Positions 63,115 to 64,000 of a DNA stretch of 64,000 bases are shown here, piece by piece. The translations under genes and the position numbers were made by a program. The first letter of the stretch is position 1. Each line of letters opens with the position of its first letter. The notes below the pieces were generated by a model that worked only from the letters and a program-made list of their open reading frames with translations, was not told where the DNA came from and did not search any database. Source of the stretch: Callorhinchus milii (taxonomy: Eukaryota); assembly GCF_018977255.1 (NCBI RefSeq), contig NW_024704743.1, positions 90,274,001 through 90,338,000 on the forward strand. The letters run 5' to 3'.

Positions 63115-64000
63115 TACTGTTCTGTAGTCTAAGCAGTCTGTTTATGTCACAAGAAGCACAATTGTACAGAGCACTCCAAGTGCAACACTGTACAGCATAG
63201 GTGTGATTTCTGCAAAACTGAATTCAACTGATTTGACAATGAAGCCCAACTTCTTGTTTGCAAAGGGATTTATCCTGTATTACTCGTACTTTGTCACGTG
63301 TCAACACCTTCACACTGTTAATTTGGGTATTGCCTTTTCAAAACCATCTGTGAAAGTTGGTCAGTACTCCCAGTAATAAAAGTATTATTATAAACAGTAC
63401 TCATGCTGGTTGTCATTAATTAGATTATTTCAGACCTCCACACACTGATGGTACATTTACTTCAATCATTAGAGCCGTCAGTTTATGATCCCAAATGTCA
63501 GGTCAGATTTTAATTGTGGTAGCCAAGCAAAGCACAATCTCAAGTGTAACTTTGTGTTAACTAAACAATTATAAATTACAGCAAATTATCATTCTCATCT
63601 TGTGAACTCCATTGTCAAATCATATAAATGGCATCCAACTTAAATCACGCTCAACGGAGTCAGAAAACTTTGATTGCAGCCATTTTACTGAATTGGTTAA
63701 TGTCCTTGATTTCTCCTGCAGCAACACCGGTTCTTTATGCTGTGCTCTTTCTTATGTGACTTTTACAGCAGCCTCTGGATGGTTATAAATGTCTAGTTAC
63801 AATAACTTTTCTCCAGGCCGCAGATGAAGGAAGAAAGTCAGTAGATGAAACCCTGCCCCAATTAAACACTCTGAAAAAAAAATCAAAATGTGACAATAAG
63901 ATGATAATTTTTTATCTGCAATCAAAAAAAACTTAAGCACAGTGGTCCAGAATGAAGTATTTGCAAATGAAGGCATGGTCAAAGAGGAAGGTCTTCATAT

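Larger units (their letters stand above)
1..64000 (-). other. RIMS2: Intronic span of RIMS2 (introns flanking the two splice-site-A exons)
   Basis: I could not find the upstream exon (...EEEKEQSVLK) or the downstream exon (KLHQQFEMYKEQ...) by eye, so both flanking introns apparently extend beyond the window (inference). Confidence 0.75.

Noticed and set aside
1..64000. CRISPR arrays, operons or prokaryotic defence systems
   Set aside because: This is eukaryotic intronic DNA; the repeats are dispersed retroelements with no regularly spaced array.

Overview
AT-rich vertebrate genomic DNA. The repeat content (HER1/CR1-type LINE tails, L2 LINEs, DeuSINE/SacSINE1-like elements and a young tRNA-Ala-headed SINE) points to a cartilaginous fish, probably a chimaera or elephant-shark lineage; this is inference. 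The window appears to lie within the large 5' introns of a RIMS2 (RIM2-alpha) orthologue on the minus strand. The only host coding sequence I can support is two small exons missed by the ORF track, 21088-21120 (33 nt) and 20591-20677 (87 nt). Spliced together they read VKEEQKPQQQQWLPFSGITELVNNVLQPQQKQQNEKESQ, the 40-aa alternatively spliced N-terminal insert (splice site A) of RIM2. The flanking constitutive exons are not visible in the window. The other ORFs in the track are retroelement remnants or chance ORFs. I found no convincing new multi-gene system. The best leads are: a modular tRNA/CORE-like/Deu/L2-tail SINE present in three structural stages; a third, unassigned SINE-like family; an L2-in-L2 inverted nest; a spacer-plus-SINE unit duplicated about 22 kb apart; and many small foldback hairpins, two of which bracket the alternative exons. 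Repeat boundaries were read by eye and are approximate.
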